This document shows positions 41,795 to 55,463 of a stretch of DNA of 64,000 nucleotides, piece by piece. The DNA comes from Octopus sinensis. Its lineage: Eukaryota. The stretch covers positions 5,146,001 to 5,210,000 of the forward strand of contig NC_043017.1 in assembly GCF_006345805.1 (NCBI RefSeq). Direction: 5' to 3'. The notes beneath the pieces are model-generated. The model saw only the letters and a program-made list of their open reading frames with translations. It did not search any database and had not been told where the DNA came from. A program made the position numbers and the translations under genes. The first letter of the stretch is position 1, and each line of letters opens with the position of its first letter.

Positions 41795-42026
41795 GGCGGC
41801 GAGCTGGCAGACACGTGAGCGTGCCGGGCGAAATGCTTAGCAGTATTTCGTCTGTCGTTACGTTCTGAGTTCAAATTCCGCCGAGGTCGACTTTGCCCTT
41901 CATCTTTTCGGGGTCGATAAATAAAGTACCAGTTTCACACTGGGGGTCGATGTAATCGACTTAATCCCTTTGTCTGTCCTTGTTTGTCCCCTCTGTGTTT
42001 AGCCCCTTGTGGGCAATAAAGAAATA
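41795..42026 (+). mobile_element. Full-length tRNA-derived SINE family B (~230 bp)
   Basis: GGCGAGCTGGCAG head, GAGTTCAAATTCC B-box-like motif, GCCTTTCATCCTTTCGGGGTCGAT core, tail TTTAGCCCCTTGTGGG..TAAAGAAATA. Confidence 0.9.
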
Positions 42027-42194
42027 TATAATATTAACACTGAGGAGGAAGAGAAGAAGTAGTTGTAATAGTTGTAGGGGCAGCAGCAGCTGTGGTGGTT
42101 CTTGGATAAACTAAGTCAAGTGTGCATTCTGAGTTCAAATCATATGTGATTCAAAAAAAAAGATTTATTGTTTTTTTTCTTTTTTCTTTTTGCA

Positions 42195-42665
42195 AAAGAG
42201 CAGATGTGGCTGTGTGGTAAGAAATTTACTTCCCAACCATATGGTTCTGGGTTCAGTCCCATTGTGTGGCACCTTGGGCAAGTGTCTTCTACTATAGCTT
42301 TGGGCCAACCAAAGTCTTGCGAGTGGATTTCGTAGACAGAAACTGAAAAAAGCCTGTCACGTCTATGTGTGTCTTTGTTCCCCACTACATCACCTGAGAT
42401 CCAGTGTTGGTGTGATTACATCCCCATAACTTAGCAGTTTGGCAAAAGAGACTGATTGTGTGTTTTGTGTGTGTCTTTGTTCCCCACTACATCACCTGAG
42501 ATCCAGTGTTGGTGTGTTTACGTCCCCCATAACTTAGCAGCGTGGCAAAAGGGACTGATAGAAGTACTAGGCTTAAAAAAATATGTGTTGGGGGTCAATT
42601 TGTTGGGCTAAAAAGTCTTCAAGCTGTGCCCCAGCATGGCCGCAGTCCAAAGACTGAAACAAAAT
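42195..42665 (+). mobile_element. SINE family A with internal duplication
   Basis: Homology to 5792-6196; GTGTCTTTGTTCCCCACTACATCACCTGAGATCCAGTGTTGG block occurs twice. Confidence 0.8.
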
Positions 42666-42923
42666 TATTAATACTGTTGTGTGTGTTTGACAGAAACAGC
42701 AGCAGACATTTGATCCAACTCTTTACATTCTGAGTTCAAATCCTGTCAAAGTCATCTCTGTTTTTCATCCTTTCAGTGGGGGGGTCAGTAAAATAAAGTA
42801 CAGTCAAGTACTGGAGTTGATAGTATCGACTAACTCCCCCTCCTTTAAGCTGCTGGTTTTATACCTAAAAATCATAAACCATTATTGTTAATATTTGGTG
42901 GGTTTTGTCTGTTTTTATGTTCA

Positions 42924-43088
42924 GGCGCAGGAGTGGCTGTGTGGTAAGTAGCTTGCTAACCAACCACATGGTTCCGGGTTCAGTCCCACTGCATGGCATC
43001 TTGGGCAAGTGTCTTCTGCTATAACCCCGGGCCGACCAATGCCTTGTGAGTGGATTTGGTAGACGGAAACTGAAAGAAGCCTGTCGTA

Positions 43089-43163
<75 letters not shown>

Positions 43164-43360
43164 TTGTCCCCCTAGCATTGCTTGACAACCGATGCTGGTC
43201 TGTTTACGTCCCCGTCACTTAGCGGTTCGGCAAAAGAGGCCGATAGAATAAGTACTGGGCTTACAAAGAATAAGTCCCGGTGTCGATTTGCTCGACTAAA
43301 GGCGGTGCTCCAGCATAGCCACAGTCAAATGACTGAAACAAGTAAAAGAGTAAAAGAGAG
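42924..43360 (+). mobile_element. SINE family A (well preserved)
   Basis: Full-length homology; many CpGs retained. Confidence 0.9.
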
Positions 43361-43979
43361 TTCAAATTCTGTTAAGCTCAACTTATATATCCCTTTGGGG
43401 AGGGGGGGTCGATGAAATAAGTACCAGCTGACTACTGGGGTTGGTGTTATCGACTCGCCCCCTTCCCTCGAAATTTCAGGCCTTGTGTTTATTAAAGAAA
43501 GAATTGTTTTTGTAGTTCATTACATAAAAATAAACTGAACTCGTAACAAATGCAAATTGAGAGAATTAGGAAGCTGCTAGGTCAGAGGTTAATCAATAGA
43601 ATTAATTTTCTTTTCCTTTATTTTTAACGAACTATTTCCTTTGTTTCGTTCTGTTTGTTCTCGTTATTAAATAAATCAACAGAATATTGTGAATGCAGAT
43701 GAAAAAATAAACATCACTGCTTCACATCCAACTGTTCTCTCTGTTGCACGACAAATTGTCACTTAAATTGCTTTCAAGGCCCAGGGTGGGGGAAAACGGT
43801 ATGGAGTTATTTGTTTCCTGTATTTCATTTGGAAATAAAGCTAATTATTATTTCAATTAATTATTACTATTTTAACTCCTCACACCTCCTCACTCTCCCC
43901 CTCCATTCTCTCTCTCTCTCTCTAAATCTATCTTCCTATCTACCATTCTTTCTCTCTCTAAATCTACCTACCTATCTAC

Positions 43980-44023
<44 letters not shown>

Positions 44024-44516
44024 AAATCTATCTACCTATCTACCATTCTCTCTCTCTCTCCATCTATTTATGTATCTACTTGTCTGCCTCTCTCTCTCTC
44101 TCTCTACTTATCCCTCTCTATCTCTTTCTCTCTCTTCCCACCTATCTGTCTCTCTCTTGTCACCCACTTCTCTCTCTATTTTGTTCTCTCACTGCAATTC
44201 TCCTCCCCCTTACTCTTCTCTCTTTTTCCTTCTCTTCCTCTCACCCTGCCCCCTCATCTTTCTCACTCCCCCTCCCCATCTCTCTTTCTCTCTCTCAACT
44301 TTTAACCAAATAACTTCAGTCAATTAACTCATAATCAAATATTTAATTAGTTTTTTCCTCATTGTTCTTAGCAATTTAATAATTCTTAATTTTCCACCAA
44401 AATTTAATCCATTCTCATTCATATTTTACTACATTTGTTCTCTGAGAATAAAGTCACATCTGGTCGGGTCACTAAGATCCTTGGTTCAATTCCAGTACCA
44501 GTCTTTCTACATTTCT

Positions 44517-45110
44517 TATTTCTTTATTGCCCACAAGGAGCTAAACATAGAGGAGACAAACAAGGACAGACAAACGGATTAAGTCGATTACATTGACTCC
44601 AACGTGTAACTAGTACTTAATTTATCGACCCAAAAGGATGAAAGGCAAAGCTGACCTCGGCGGAATTTGAACTCAGAATGTAACGGCAGACAAAATACCT
44701 ATTTCTTTACTACCCGCAAGGAGCTAAACATAGAGGGGACAAACAAGGACAGACAAACGGATTAAGTTGATTATATCAACCCCAGTGTGTAACTGGTACT
44801 TATTTAATCGACCCCGAAAGGATGAAAGGTAAAGTCGACCTCGGCGGAATTTGAACTCAGAACGTAACGGGAGATGAAATACATATATCTTTACTACCCA
44901 CAAGGAGCTAAACATAGAGGGGACAAACAAGGACAGACAAACGGATTAAGTCAATTACATTTACCCCAGTGCGTAACTGGTACTTAATTTATTGACCCCG
45001 AAAGGATGAAAGGCAAAGCCGACCTCAGCGGAATTTGAACTCAGAATGTAGTGGCAGACGAAATACCACTAAGCATTTCACCTGGCATGCTACCGATTCT
45101 GCCAGCCAAC
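44517..45110 (-). mobile_element. SINE family B trimer
   Basis: Three head-to-tail units with equivalent junctions at ~44700 and ~44882. Confidence 0.9.
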
Positions 45111-45181
45111 TGCCTTAGTCTTTCTACACTTCTGGGACACAGAGTTGGTTCCTATAAAGTCCCTTAAGGAGGGGTTTATAA

Positions 45182-45816
45182 GGGGTCACGGAAAGACTTC
45201 CTTTTGTACTCCCCCATAAAAATGTTTTTTGAAAAATATTACACATGGTGGAAAATTAATTTCCTACCATGTCTTATAAAAATAATGATGAAAAAATCAT
45301 AAAAATTAAGAATTTCTATTAAAAGAACTTCATTTCTGAATTATGTATATTTGTGTCCCAATTTACCTAATGTTAACCCTTTCGTTACCAACCCGGCTGA
45401 AAATGGCTCTTGCTCTGTAGTACAAATGTCTTGTTTTCAAAAGTTCTGAATTAAAATCTTCCACCAAACCTTAGTCACAATTTATGTTCCTAACACTAGC
45501 TTAATGATAACTAAGTTATTTTACTAAATTCTTTGTTATAGTTAAAATAATTGAAAGAAACACAGAGCATCTCAGCAGAAATATTGTAACAAAAGGGTTA
45601 AGGCCTAAATTCCCTAACTCTATGAAATTTGCCTAACCTTGGGACATGAATTTATAATACAGAAATGAAGTATTTTTTCTAATAGAAATTCTTAATTTCT
45701 ATGACTTTCTCATTATTATAAGACAGGGTAGGAAATCAATTCCCCCTCCTCTCTGTCTAATATTTAAAAAAAAAAGGATTTTATGGCGGGGTACAAAAGG
45801 AATTCTTTATGGGATC
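45182..45816. mobile_element. Foldback element with ~180-bp inverted arms, hosting the piggyBac MITE
   Basis: 45182-45360 aligns by eye with the reverse complement of 45639-45816 (e.g. CCTTTTGTAC, TTTCCTACC, AAATTAAGAATTTCTATTA, ACTTCATTTCTG, GTCCCAA). Confidence 0.75.
45377..45597. mobile_element. piggyBac-type MITE
   Basis: TTAA TSD at 45373-76 and 45598-601; TIR CCCTTTCGTTAC / GTAACAAAAGGG (1 mismatch in 12). Confidence 0.85.
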
Positions 45817-47019
45817 ACATCTGAAGTGTTCTGGGTGTTATAGATGTAAGTGTAATGAGTAGGGATAAGAGTGTTGTGTGGTTGGTGTTGTGGATGTGAC
45901 TGTTGTGAATGGGGGAGATAATGTTGTGACGTAGATGTTGTGGATGTGATTGTTGAGGGAGGTAGGTAAGTGTTGTGTGGTTAGTGTTGTTAATGTGATT
46001 TTTGCGAGTTGGGGTGTGTGTTGTGAGGTTGGCATTGTAGAAGTGACTTTAGCAAGAGAGCTACAGTGTTGTGTGGCTTGTATTATAGATGTGAGCCTTA
46101 TGGCTGTTGTGAGGTTGGAGTTGTAGATGTGACTAGAGAGAGAGAGAGAGATGTGTGTGACTGTGTTTGTCACCCCGCCCCATCATCACTTGGCAACCAG
46201 TGTTTACATCCCCATGACTTAGCGGTTCAACAGAATAAGAACTAGGCTTTAAAGAAAAGTCCTGGGGTCGATTTGTTCAACTAAAACCCTTAAAAATGGT
46301 GCTCCAGCATGGCAGCAGTCAAATGACTGAAACAAATAAAAGAGTATAAAAATAAAAGAATTAGCTGGGTATCAGGGTCCCCATAGAGTAAAATAGGAAT
46401 CAACAGGGTCCATAGATAAACAAAAAAGGGGTCAAAAACTACAGGCTAGGTGGGGGGTCTCAGAATGCTGTGGAAGGTACCTGCTGAATTATCTAGATAT
46501 TTATAGGGCAGCTTGACTCATAGTTTCCAGTACAATATTATCTGGGACCAGCCAAGCCAAGCCAAGCCAAGCTGACCCAACCCATCGGTTTTTTAACCAT
46601 CTCATGTTTGTCTTTTAATACATTTAAGTGTCGCCGCCTTTTGTGCCAAACGTGAATAAAGGTTTCAGTTCCTGGTCTCAGCCAGTTCACTTTGCTTAAT
46701 TTCGTTAATTACTTCAGAATAAGCCAGAAATCTAATACAGTCAATCAACCATCCTCTATGCATGTGTGTGTGTGTGTGTATGTGTGTGAATACTTAAGTG
46801 GTTCGTGTGCATGAGGGGAGTGTAATCAAACGTAGGTGGGCGGTACACTTTTCTGTGATGCTGAAAGTGCTTTATAAATGATGAATAGGGGAACGGTGGG
46901 ATGCGTAGATTATATATTCAGCAGGTTTATAAACAACGAGACAGACTCATACAACACGCATCATACCTTTTCACACATCAAACAAGACAAACACGCACAT
47001 ATATACACCTTGCCTTCCA

Positions 47020-47065
<46 letters not shown>

Positions 47066-48226
47066 CTCTCTCTCTCTCAGGACAGGCATCTTTACACTGA
47101 GTGCTCACTGAAGAAAGTATTATGGGTATGACTCAGAAAATAAATACTATTTCGTTTGCACCACACATAACAGAAACACACGCTCACGCATACAAACATA
47201 CACGCTCACGCATACGAAACACTCACGCGTACAAACACGCTTATGCATACAAACGTGCACATGCACACATGCAAACTCACTCACACATACAAAAATACTC
47301 ACGCACACATACACAAAGAAACACATACAAACACACACACTCACACATACAAAAATACTCACACACACACAATGACACACGTACAAACACACACACACTA
47401 ACACATACAAACATATACTCACACATACACACTAACACATACAAACATATACTCACACACACACACTAACACATACAAACATATACTCACACATACACAC
47501 TAACACATACAAACATATACTCACACATACACACTAACACATACAAACATATACTCACACATACACTCACACACTTACACATTCAAACGCACACTCACAC
47601 ATGCACTCACACACACACACACACACATACAGACACCTTACTTGTAGACTTCAGATATTAGTTTCTAAGACAAAATTGCCATTTGTTCTTAGAGAAGCCA
47701 GTTATATTGGTAGAGCGACAGAGAAATATGTTAATATTAACCAATATGTCAGTAAGAAAAGACGGTGAGCTGGCAGAAATGCTAACATGTCGGGCAAAAT
47801 GCTTGGCTGAATTTCATCTGAGTTCAAATTCTGCTGAGGTCGACTTTGCCTTTCATCCTTTCGGGCTCGATAAATTAAGTACCAGTTGTGTACTGGTGTC
47901 GATCTAATTGACTGGGCCCCTCCCCCAAAATTTTGGGCCTTGTGCTTAGAGTAGAAAAGATTATTAAAGAAGGCGGTGAACTGGTAGAAACCTTAGCATG
48001 TTCCACCAAGGTTGACTTTGCCTTTCATCCTTTTGGGCTCGATAAATTAAGTACCAGTTATGTACTGGGGTTGATCTAATCAACTGGGTCCCCCTCCCCC
48101 CAAAATTCGGGCCTTATGTCTAGAGTAAAAAAGAATATGTTAGTAAGAAATATGAAATAATGTTAATATATTAATTATTAGATTTTGGTATTACGTTATG
48201 TTGGTTAATTACATATTCATAATCCA

Positions 48227-48330
<104 letters not shown>

Positions 48331-48339
48331 ACACGCACA

Positions 48340-48371
<32 letters not shown>

Positions 48372-48987
48372 TACACACACGCACACACAGACACACACAG
48401 ACACACACACACGTGCGCACGCACACACGAATGTCTTTTATCTTTTCTCTTTAGTTTGTTTGTCATTAGACTATGGCCATGCTGGAGCACAACATTGAAG
48501 AAATTTTAGTTGAATGAACTGACCCTAATATTTATTGTTTTTGGAACCAGGTACTTATTCTGTCAGTCCCTTTTGCTGAACTGCTAAGTTGCAGGAACAT
48601 AAACACACCAACACCAGTTACCAAGTGGTGGTAGGGGACAGACACATTCACATATATATATACTTTATACATGTATGTATGTATGTATGTATGTATGTAT
48701 GTATGTATGTATGCATGTATGCATGTATGTATGCAAGCATGTATGTATGTATGTATGTATGTATGTATGTATGTATGCATGCCATCAATGTTTGCTTTCT
48801 ATGCTGGTATGGGTTGGACAGTTTGACTGAGGACTGGCAAGCAAGGAGGCTACACCAGGCTTCAGTCTGATCTGGCAAGGTTTCTACAGCTGGCTTGTCA
48901 CACCTATCCTGCAATGTCATTCTAAAAACCAAACAATCACATCATCAAAATCTCAAAGCTATGAGATAATTCATGATTCATTCAAAA

Positions 48988-49019
<32 letters not shown>

Positions 49020-49020
<1 letters not shown>

Positions 49021-49321
49021 TAGCAGTATCGCCCGGCGTTGCTCGGGTTTGTAAGGGAAATAACTATATAAGCATTTTTAGAGAGTTACTTCTCTTATAT
49101 AATAGCAAAAAAATGCATTAAAAATGGGAAAAAATGATGGTAAATTTTTTTTAAATCGTAGACTCATCGTAGATGCATGCTAATACCCAGAAGGGCTCGA
49201 TATGAATTACGACTATAAGATACCCGCTTTTGATTAAACTGCACCGCAAAATGTGGGAGTAGTTAGGAATCTAAATCGTAGGAGACAGACACTCACACAA
49301 CTTCACTTTTATATATAAAGA
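49020..49321 (-). mobile_element. Non-autonomous Helitron (~300 bp)
   Basis: Minus strand starts A|TC and ends CTAG|T; subterminal hairpin CCCGAGCAACGCCGGG about 8 nt from the 3' end; inserted at an AT site in (TA)n with no TSD. Confidence 0.8.
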
Positions 49322-49330
49322 TATATATAT

Positions 49331-49415
49331 ATTTCCTGAGCGCCATACTAATACAATTGTTCGTTTGTTTTCCTCCTGCCTTCGCCTTTTGTCTATTTTC
49401 ATAAAGCTTCCCGTT
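49331..49415 (+). mobile_element. Truncated copy of the same Penelope-like fragment family
   Basis: Reverse complement aligns to 711-790 and 4060-4140; bounded by (TA)n; lacks the hammerhead part. Confidence 0.45.
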
Positions 49416-50659
49416 ATATATATATATATATATATACATATATATACAATGGGCTTCTTTCAGTTTCCATCTACCAAATGCACTCACAAGGCTTTGGTCG
49501 GCCTGAGGCTATAGTAGAAGACACTTGCCAAAGATGCCAAGCAGTGGGACGGAACCCGGAAACATGTGTCTGGGAAGCAAGCTTCTTACCATACAGGCCA
49601 CGCCTTAGTTAATTGGAATCAACTTATTCCAGACTTGGCCTGTTTATGCCATTTTCTGGATTACCATTTTGAAGGGGGAAGAAAACAAAATATTAGACAA
49701 AATGCTAATATATTCACGTCAGCCGGAGAAACAAGCTAGAACATTATCGGAATTGGTATTTACAAATTGATCTTCGTACAAACAAGGTACCGGAAAAAAA
49801 AAAGGGGACCTAACACTGACGGAAAACTCTCTCCATCGTTTCACACCTTCCCTGCTCCTCCCCACCACTGCCCATCAGTGCCCTGGCTTGCTTCTTTCTT
49901 GCTCCATGTTTTATGTAGACAGGGGTGGGTGAAGGGGGTGGATTAGAATCTTTGGGGGTTGGAGTTGCCTTGATTGCTTTCCCATGTTCTTCGCTTTCAG
50001 ATATTGCTGTCTGATGTAAGAACAACATGAAAACGGTTTCCTGTAGAAACTTTCTTCATCGTCGTCGTTATCAGCATCATCAACAACACTATTGTTATCA
50101 TCATCAACATGATCAGCATCATCATCATCATCATGGTCATCATCGCACACCACCATCGTCATCATCAGCAACACCATTATCATCATCAACAACACCATCA
50201 TCATCATTGTCATCATTACCATCATCATTATCATTTGCATCATCGCCAACACCATTATCGTCGTCATCATTGCCATTATTTTTGTTACCATTATCCGTAT
50301 CCCTATTATCAACAATACCACTACTGTTATCACCATCACCATCATCATCATCGCCAGCACTACCACTTTATCTTCATCATCATTCCCCTCATCATTATCA
50401 TCATCATCATTTGGTTCAACATCCGCCTTTCCATGCTGGTGTGAATTTGAATGGATCATACAGTACATCCTCTCCTCCTGCCTCTACACCTTTCACTCTC
50501 TCTCTCTCTCTCTCTCTCTAACTTCCTCTCGTCCCCTTTGTTTTGTTTGAAATTCTTTTGTATCTCCGAAATCTTTGTTGAGATGAAAAAAAATGATTTT
50601 TAAACTTCTTGAACTTAACTTCAGCAAGATCAGCTTCACCACCACCACCACCACTACTG

Positions 50660-51058
50660 CTGCTGCTGTTGCTGTTGAGCGGTTGCTGTTGAGCGAACGG
50701 TCTTCGTCCCAGAGCTCGCAAGATGGGAGAAGTCCAAAACATGGTCCTTTGCTATTTGTAAGACCTGCAGAAGAGAAAGCAGGTCAACCCCCAACACCGA
50801 GAGCATCGACGGATGGATGAATGCACATCCAGGCTCAGCGGTTGCGTAGGAAGTCGGGGACAAGAAACAGGAAGAAAGAGTGAGAGAAAGTTGGAGCGAA
50901 AGATTGCAGCAGGTGTCGCTAACACCCCCTGCCAGAACCTCGTGGAGCTTTAGGTGTTTTCGCTCAATAAACACACACAACACCCGGTCTGGGGATCGAA
51001 ACCGCGATCCTCCGACCGCGAGTCCACTGCCCTAACCTTTGGGCCATTGCGCCTCCAC
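50660..51058 (-). mobile_element. SINE family E variant, CpG-rich, with a different 3' half
   Basis: First ~190 nt align to 20301-20500 up to TCTTCCTGTTTCTT, then diverge; ends in CAGCAAC/CAG repeats. Confidence 0.7.
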
Positions 51059-51639
51059 TTACTGCTGCTACTAATATGGGTCTTGGTCTCGCTAATGATG
51101 ATGGCTTCTTTTATTTGCAGTTTCCCAATGTTTCATTCTGTAGCATCAACGGAGACCTAGATGTCTTGGGTGTAATATTTCCATAGGTGACTTTTGTAAT
51201 TGCTTTATATACATGTGTTTGTATGTATGTATATATGTATGCACACAGCAATTACATCAAGGAAGATCCATTTTTAGCAGTTTTAAAGCTAAAAATCTGT
51301 TAAACTTGCATTTTGTTTATTTCATGGAATGTCAGGACTTTTTGTGACACAGTAAGGACAAGAATGGCCTGCCCTCTTATCTAACACACATTCTTGTATC
51401 CTTCTCTCTCTCTCTCTCTCTTTCTCTACCCCTTGCCATGGCACATGCCACTTGCACTACCCAGCATCTCAGCAAGAAATCTGACTATATACTCTTACCC
51501 CATTAAAATTGTTCTTCTGCCTCATCAAACTCACACATGTAGGAATATATACATCATGGTCAGCTTAACAACTTTACGGCCCCTGGGCACATCATTGCAC
51601 TGAGTCCTATAGTATTTTTTATTGGCAGCAAGCCACATC

Positions 51640-52065
51640 ATCATCATCACTATCATCATCGTTTAACGTCTGTTTTCCATGCTAGCGTGGGTTGGACAGT
51701 TTGACCGGGGTCTGGGGAGCCAGAAGGCTACACCAGGCTCCAGTCTTATCTGGCAGTGTTTCTACAGCTGGATGCCCTTCCTAGTACCAACCACTCCATG
51801 AGTGTAGTGGTTGCTTTTTACGTGCCACCAGCACAGGTGCCAGGGGAGGCTGGCAGCGGCCACAATCAGTTGGTGCTTTTTACATGCCACCGGCACAGAA
51901 GCCAGTCAAAGCGGCGCTGATATCGGCCACGTCTGGATGGTGCTTTTTATGTGCCACCAGCACAGGTATCACAACTACAATTTCCATTTGATATTTATTT
52001 TGATGTTGATGTACTTAACTCAATGGGTCTCCTCAAGTACAGCAGGTCACGCGCCACCGGCACAA
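51640..52065 (-). mobile_element. Family C copy
   Basis: Homology to 8040-8560, with internal GTGCCACCGGCAC repeats. Confidence 0.85.
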
Positions 52066-52326
52066 AAGCCGGGACCCTAAACCCATGAGACCTCTGGGCA
52101 ACTGCTCACTATGCCTATACCTTAACATTACCCTGTATACATGTCTAGATTAAAACACACACATTCATAATCAAGCAGACGTAGATAGACCTTAATCAAG
52201 AAATTCTATCAAAATTAGATGTTCTTCTTAAAATCTTTTAAATCACATTTTTTTCCTTCTTCAAAGCTGGGTTGCACCTCTGTCAGAATATGAATATGTA
52301 TATATGTAAACAATAAAGATTGAGTG

Positions 52327-52381
<55 letters not shown>

Positions 52382-52963
52382 AAAAGTAATAGGGTATATG
52401 CACATACACACCCAACTTCTATTTTACATACACAAACACACACACATACACGTAAGAGAAAGACTGGGTGTGTATATGTAAGAGAGACTCTATAGTTATG
52501 TGGAATGCTCATCACTAATATCTATATATATACATCTATATCTCTCTCTATATATAATGATGATGGTGGTGATGATGATGATGGTGATCTTCTTCGTATA
52601 CTCACACTCACCCACCAAAGTATGTATCATTTCAATGATGCATATTTGAGTTGAAACACGTTGAGTGAAACAGTGTATTTATTACCAGAGCATTGGAAGG
52701 TGTATATATGTGTATAGAACATGATGTTAATGGAATCTACATACTGGATTCACTATTATTGTTGCTGTTTCGTCTCCAGCATCCTCAGACGCCGACGGTG
52801 AGCTTCACTTGTCTAATGTCCATTTACCTCCCTTTCTCTCTCTCTCTCTCTCTCTCGGCTTTTTCTGTTCTTTATCTTTTAATCTGTATTGTTTTAGCTC
52901 ATTTCTCTCTCCCTCTCTCTCTGTCTTGCTTTATATCTGTCTCTCTTCCTACCTATCTATCTG

Positions 52964-53034
<71 letters not shown>

Positions 53035-53171
53035 GTCTGTCTGTCTATCTATATACATATCTGTCTATCCATCCATCCATCCATTTATCTCTATCTATCT
53101 GTCGGTCTATCTGTCTGTCTATCGATCCACCTATGTATGTATGTATGTATGTATGTATGTATGTATGTATG

Positions 53172-53222
<51 letters not shown>

Positions 53223-54360
53223 ATATGTCTCTCTCTCTGTCTCTCTCTCTACCCATCTAGCTATCATCTTCCTATCTATCTGTCAGTCTCTCTCTTCTTC
53301 TCTATCTTCATTTTCTCTCCGACTTAATTTCTTCACCCTACAAAAACAGAAAAAACAAAAAAAAACAAAACAAAGTCCTTCACCCCTCCTGCCTCCCCAC
53401 CCTCTCCATCTCTTCCTGCTCTGTCTCATCTGCAATTATCTCCTGCATTAATTCCATGCGACTGCTGTGAGAACTGGTTTATTTCTCCCGAGAGTGTATT
53501 TTTAAAGTAAACACTTCATTGCCGTACTACACTACCATGAACAACAACACATCACTCCCCAGCAGCAAGAACTTACTTTTGGTCACACACACACACCTCT
53601 ATACACACACACACACACACACAGAAACCTATATACACACACACACACATCTATACACACACACAAACCTATATACATACACACACACCTCTATACACAT
53701 ACACACTCTATACACAAAAACCTCTATACACATACACACCCCTATACACATACACACACCTCTATACACACATACACCACCATAAACACACACACACACA
53801 CACACACCTATACACATATACAAACCTATACACATACACACCTCTATACACACACACACACACAAACCCCTATACACACACACACACCCCTATACGCATG
53901 CATACACACACCTCTATATACACATACACTGATATATACACACACACACTGATATACACACACACACCTATACACATACACACACACCTCAATACACACG
54001 CATACACATCTATACATACATACACACACACACACGCGCGCGCGCGCGCATACTGCAGACCTCACCCTGCCTCCTCTTTCTGTATCTACCTACCTGTCTG
54101 TCTATCAGGTCGTAGGTACCCACCCGCCTACCCAGCTCTGCTCTTATCATTTAAAATAATAACTCTGCTATTATTACTAATGTGAGTTTTTGCAGACCCT
54201 CGCATTAGTAATGGAATACAAGAATAGAATATGAATAGTAATTGGGATGGAAATGATAATTTCAACAATAGGCGACAACAGTAACAACATCAATAGCGAT
54301 AACAACAACAACAACAACAACAACAGCAGCAGCAGCAGTAGCTGTTGTACATTAATATTT

Positions 54361-54775
54361 TTTTCTAATCTAGGCACAAGGCCCGAAATTTTGGGGGAGG
54401 GGCCTAGTAGATTAGATCGACCCCAGTATGCAACCGGTACTTATTTAATTGACCCCCTCGAAAGGATGACCTTAGTGGAGTTTGAACTCAGAACGTAAAG
54501 ACATGTGAGATACCGCTAAGAATTTCACCCGGCATGCTAATTTCTTATTTCTTTACTACCCACAAGGGGCTAAACATAGAGGGGACAAACAAGGACAGAC
54601 AGACGGATTAAGTCAATGATATCGATCCCAGTGTGTAACTGGTACTTATTTAATCGACCTTGAAACAATATAAAGGTTAAGTTGACCTCAGCGGATTTTG
54701 AACTCAGAACGTAAAGACATGCAAAATACCGCTAAGCATTTTGCACAGCGTGCTAATGTTTCTTATTTCTTTACT
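54361..54775 (-). mobile_element. SINE family B multimer
   Basis: Repeated B units; junction AAAGAAATAA|GAAA.TTAGCA on the minus strand. Confidence 0.8.
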
Positions 54776-55404
54776 GCCCACAATGGCAGTAAATAACAAT
54801 AATAATAGCAGAAATAACAACATTAGCATCAATAATGGCAACAACACCAACATAAACTATAACAACAACTTCAATTATAACAGTAATAACAAATGCAATG
54901 GTAACTACTCGTATGGCAACAGCAACTGTCCCAACAGCAGCTTTAAGGACTTCTAGCTTTGGCACAAAGAGAGCATTCTTTCGAAGACTGTAGGCCATGG
55001 CACCATTCTGAGGGAATTATGAAGACTAACCTCTTTTTGACTTGTAGAATTTTTGATAAAATGTAATGTGTTTGTAAATATGTAAAAGAATGAGTCTTAA
55101 AGACCTCAATGCAACCTTTACGCTAAAGAAAACTGAGGACTGTTTCCCTAAACACACTTGCCAATGGTGTGTATGTTGTGTATATATATATATGTATATA
55201 TATATACATGCCAGCATGGAAAGTAGACATTAAACGATGATGATGATACAATTACGTAATTTTCTCTGAACTAGAATGTATACTTTCCACGTTCATATTT
55301 GAAATTTTTGCGTTTCAATAATTCTTCTCTGATTTTACTCATTCCCGAATTTGATGGACTTATAGCAGTATGTAAGCCAACTCGAGAAATATCTAGTGAG
55401 ACTT

Positions 55405-55463
55405 TTTATTGATATACCTGAAGAGACCCAGAACGGGTCAAAACATGTGTTGTACCCAATAAA
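55405..55463 (+). ncRNA. Decayed minimal hammerhead ribozyme
   Basis: CTGAAGA 55418-24; perfect stem II GACCC/GGGTC; AAAA instead of GAAA; same C-ATGT-GT motif but GTT instead of GTC (both changes fit CpG decay); stem I TAC/GTA plus distal TTTATTG/CAATAAA. Confidence 0.6.

Noticed and set aside
49911-50521. Poly-His/Asp/Met ORFs
   Set aside because: (CAT)n trinucleotide degenerate repeat.
50593-50983. GC-rich ORFs with protein-like composition
   Set aside because: They lie in the 3' half of a SINE family E variant plus CAC/CAG repeats.
52765-52792. Minus-strand CTGAGGA...CGAAAC hammerhead-like spacing
   Set aside because: The intervening 10 nt cannot form stem II and there is no stem III/NUH; better explained as the + strand microexon candidate.
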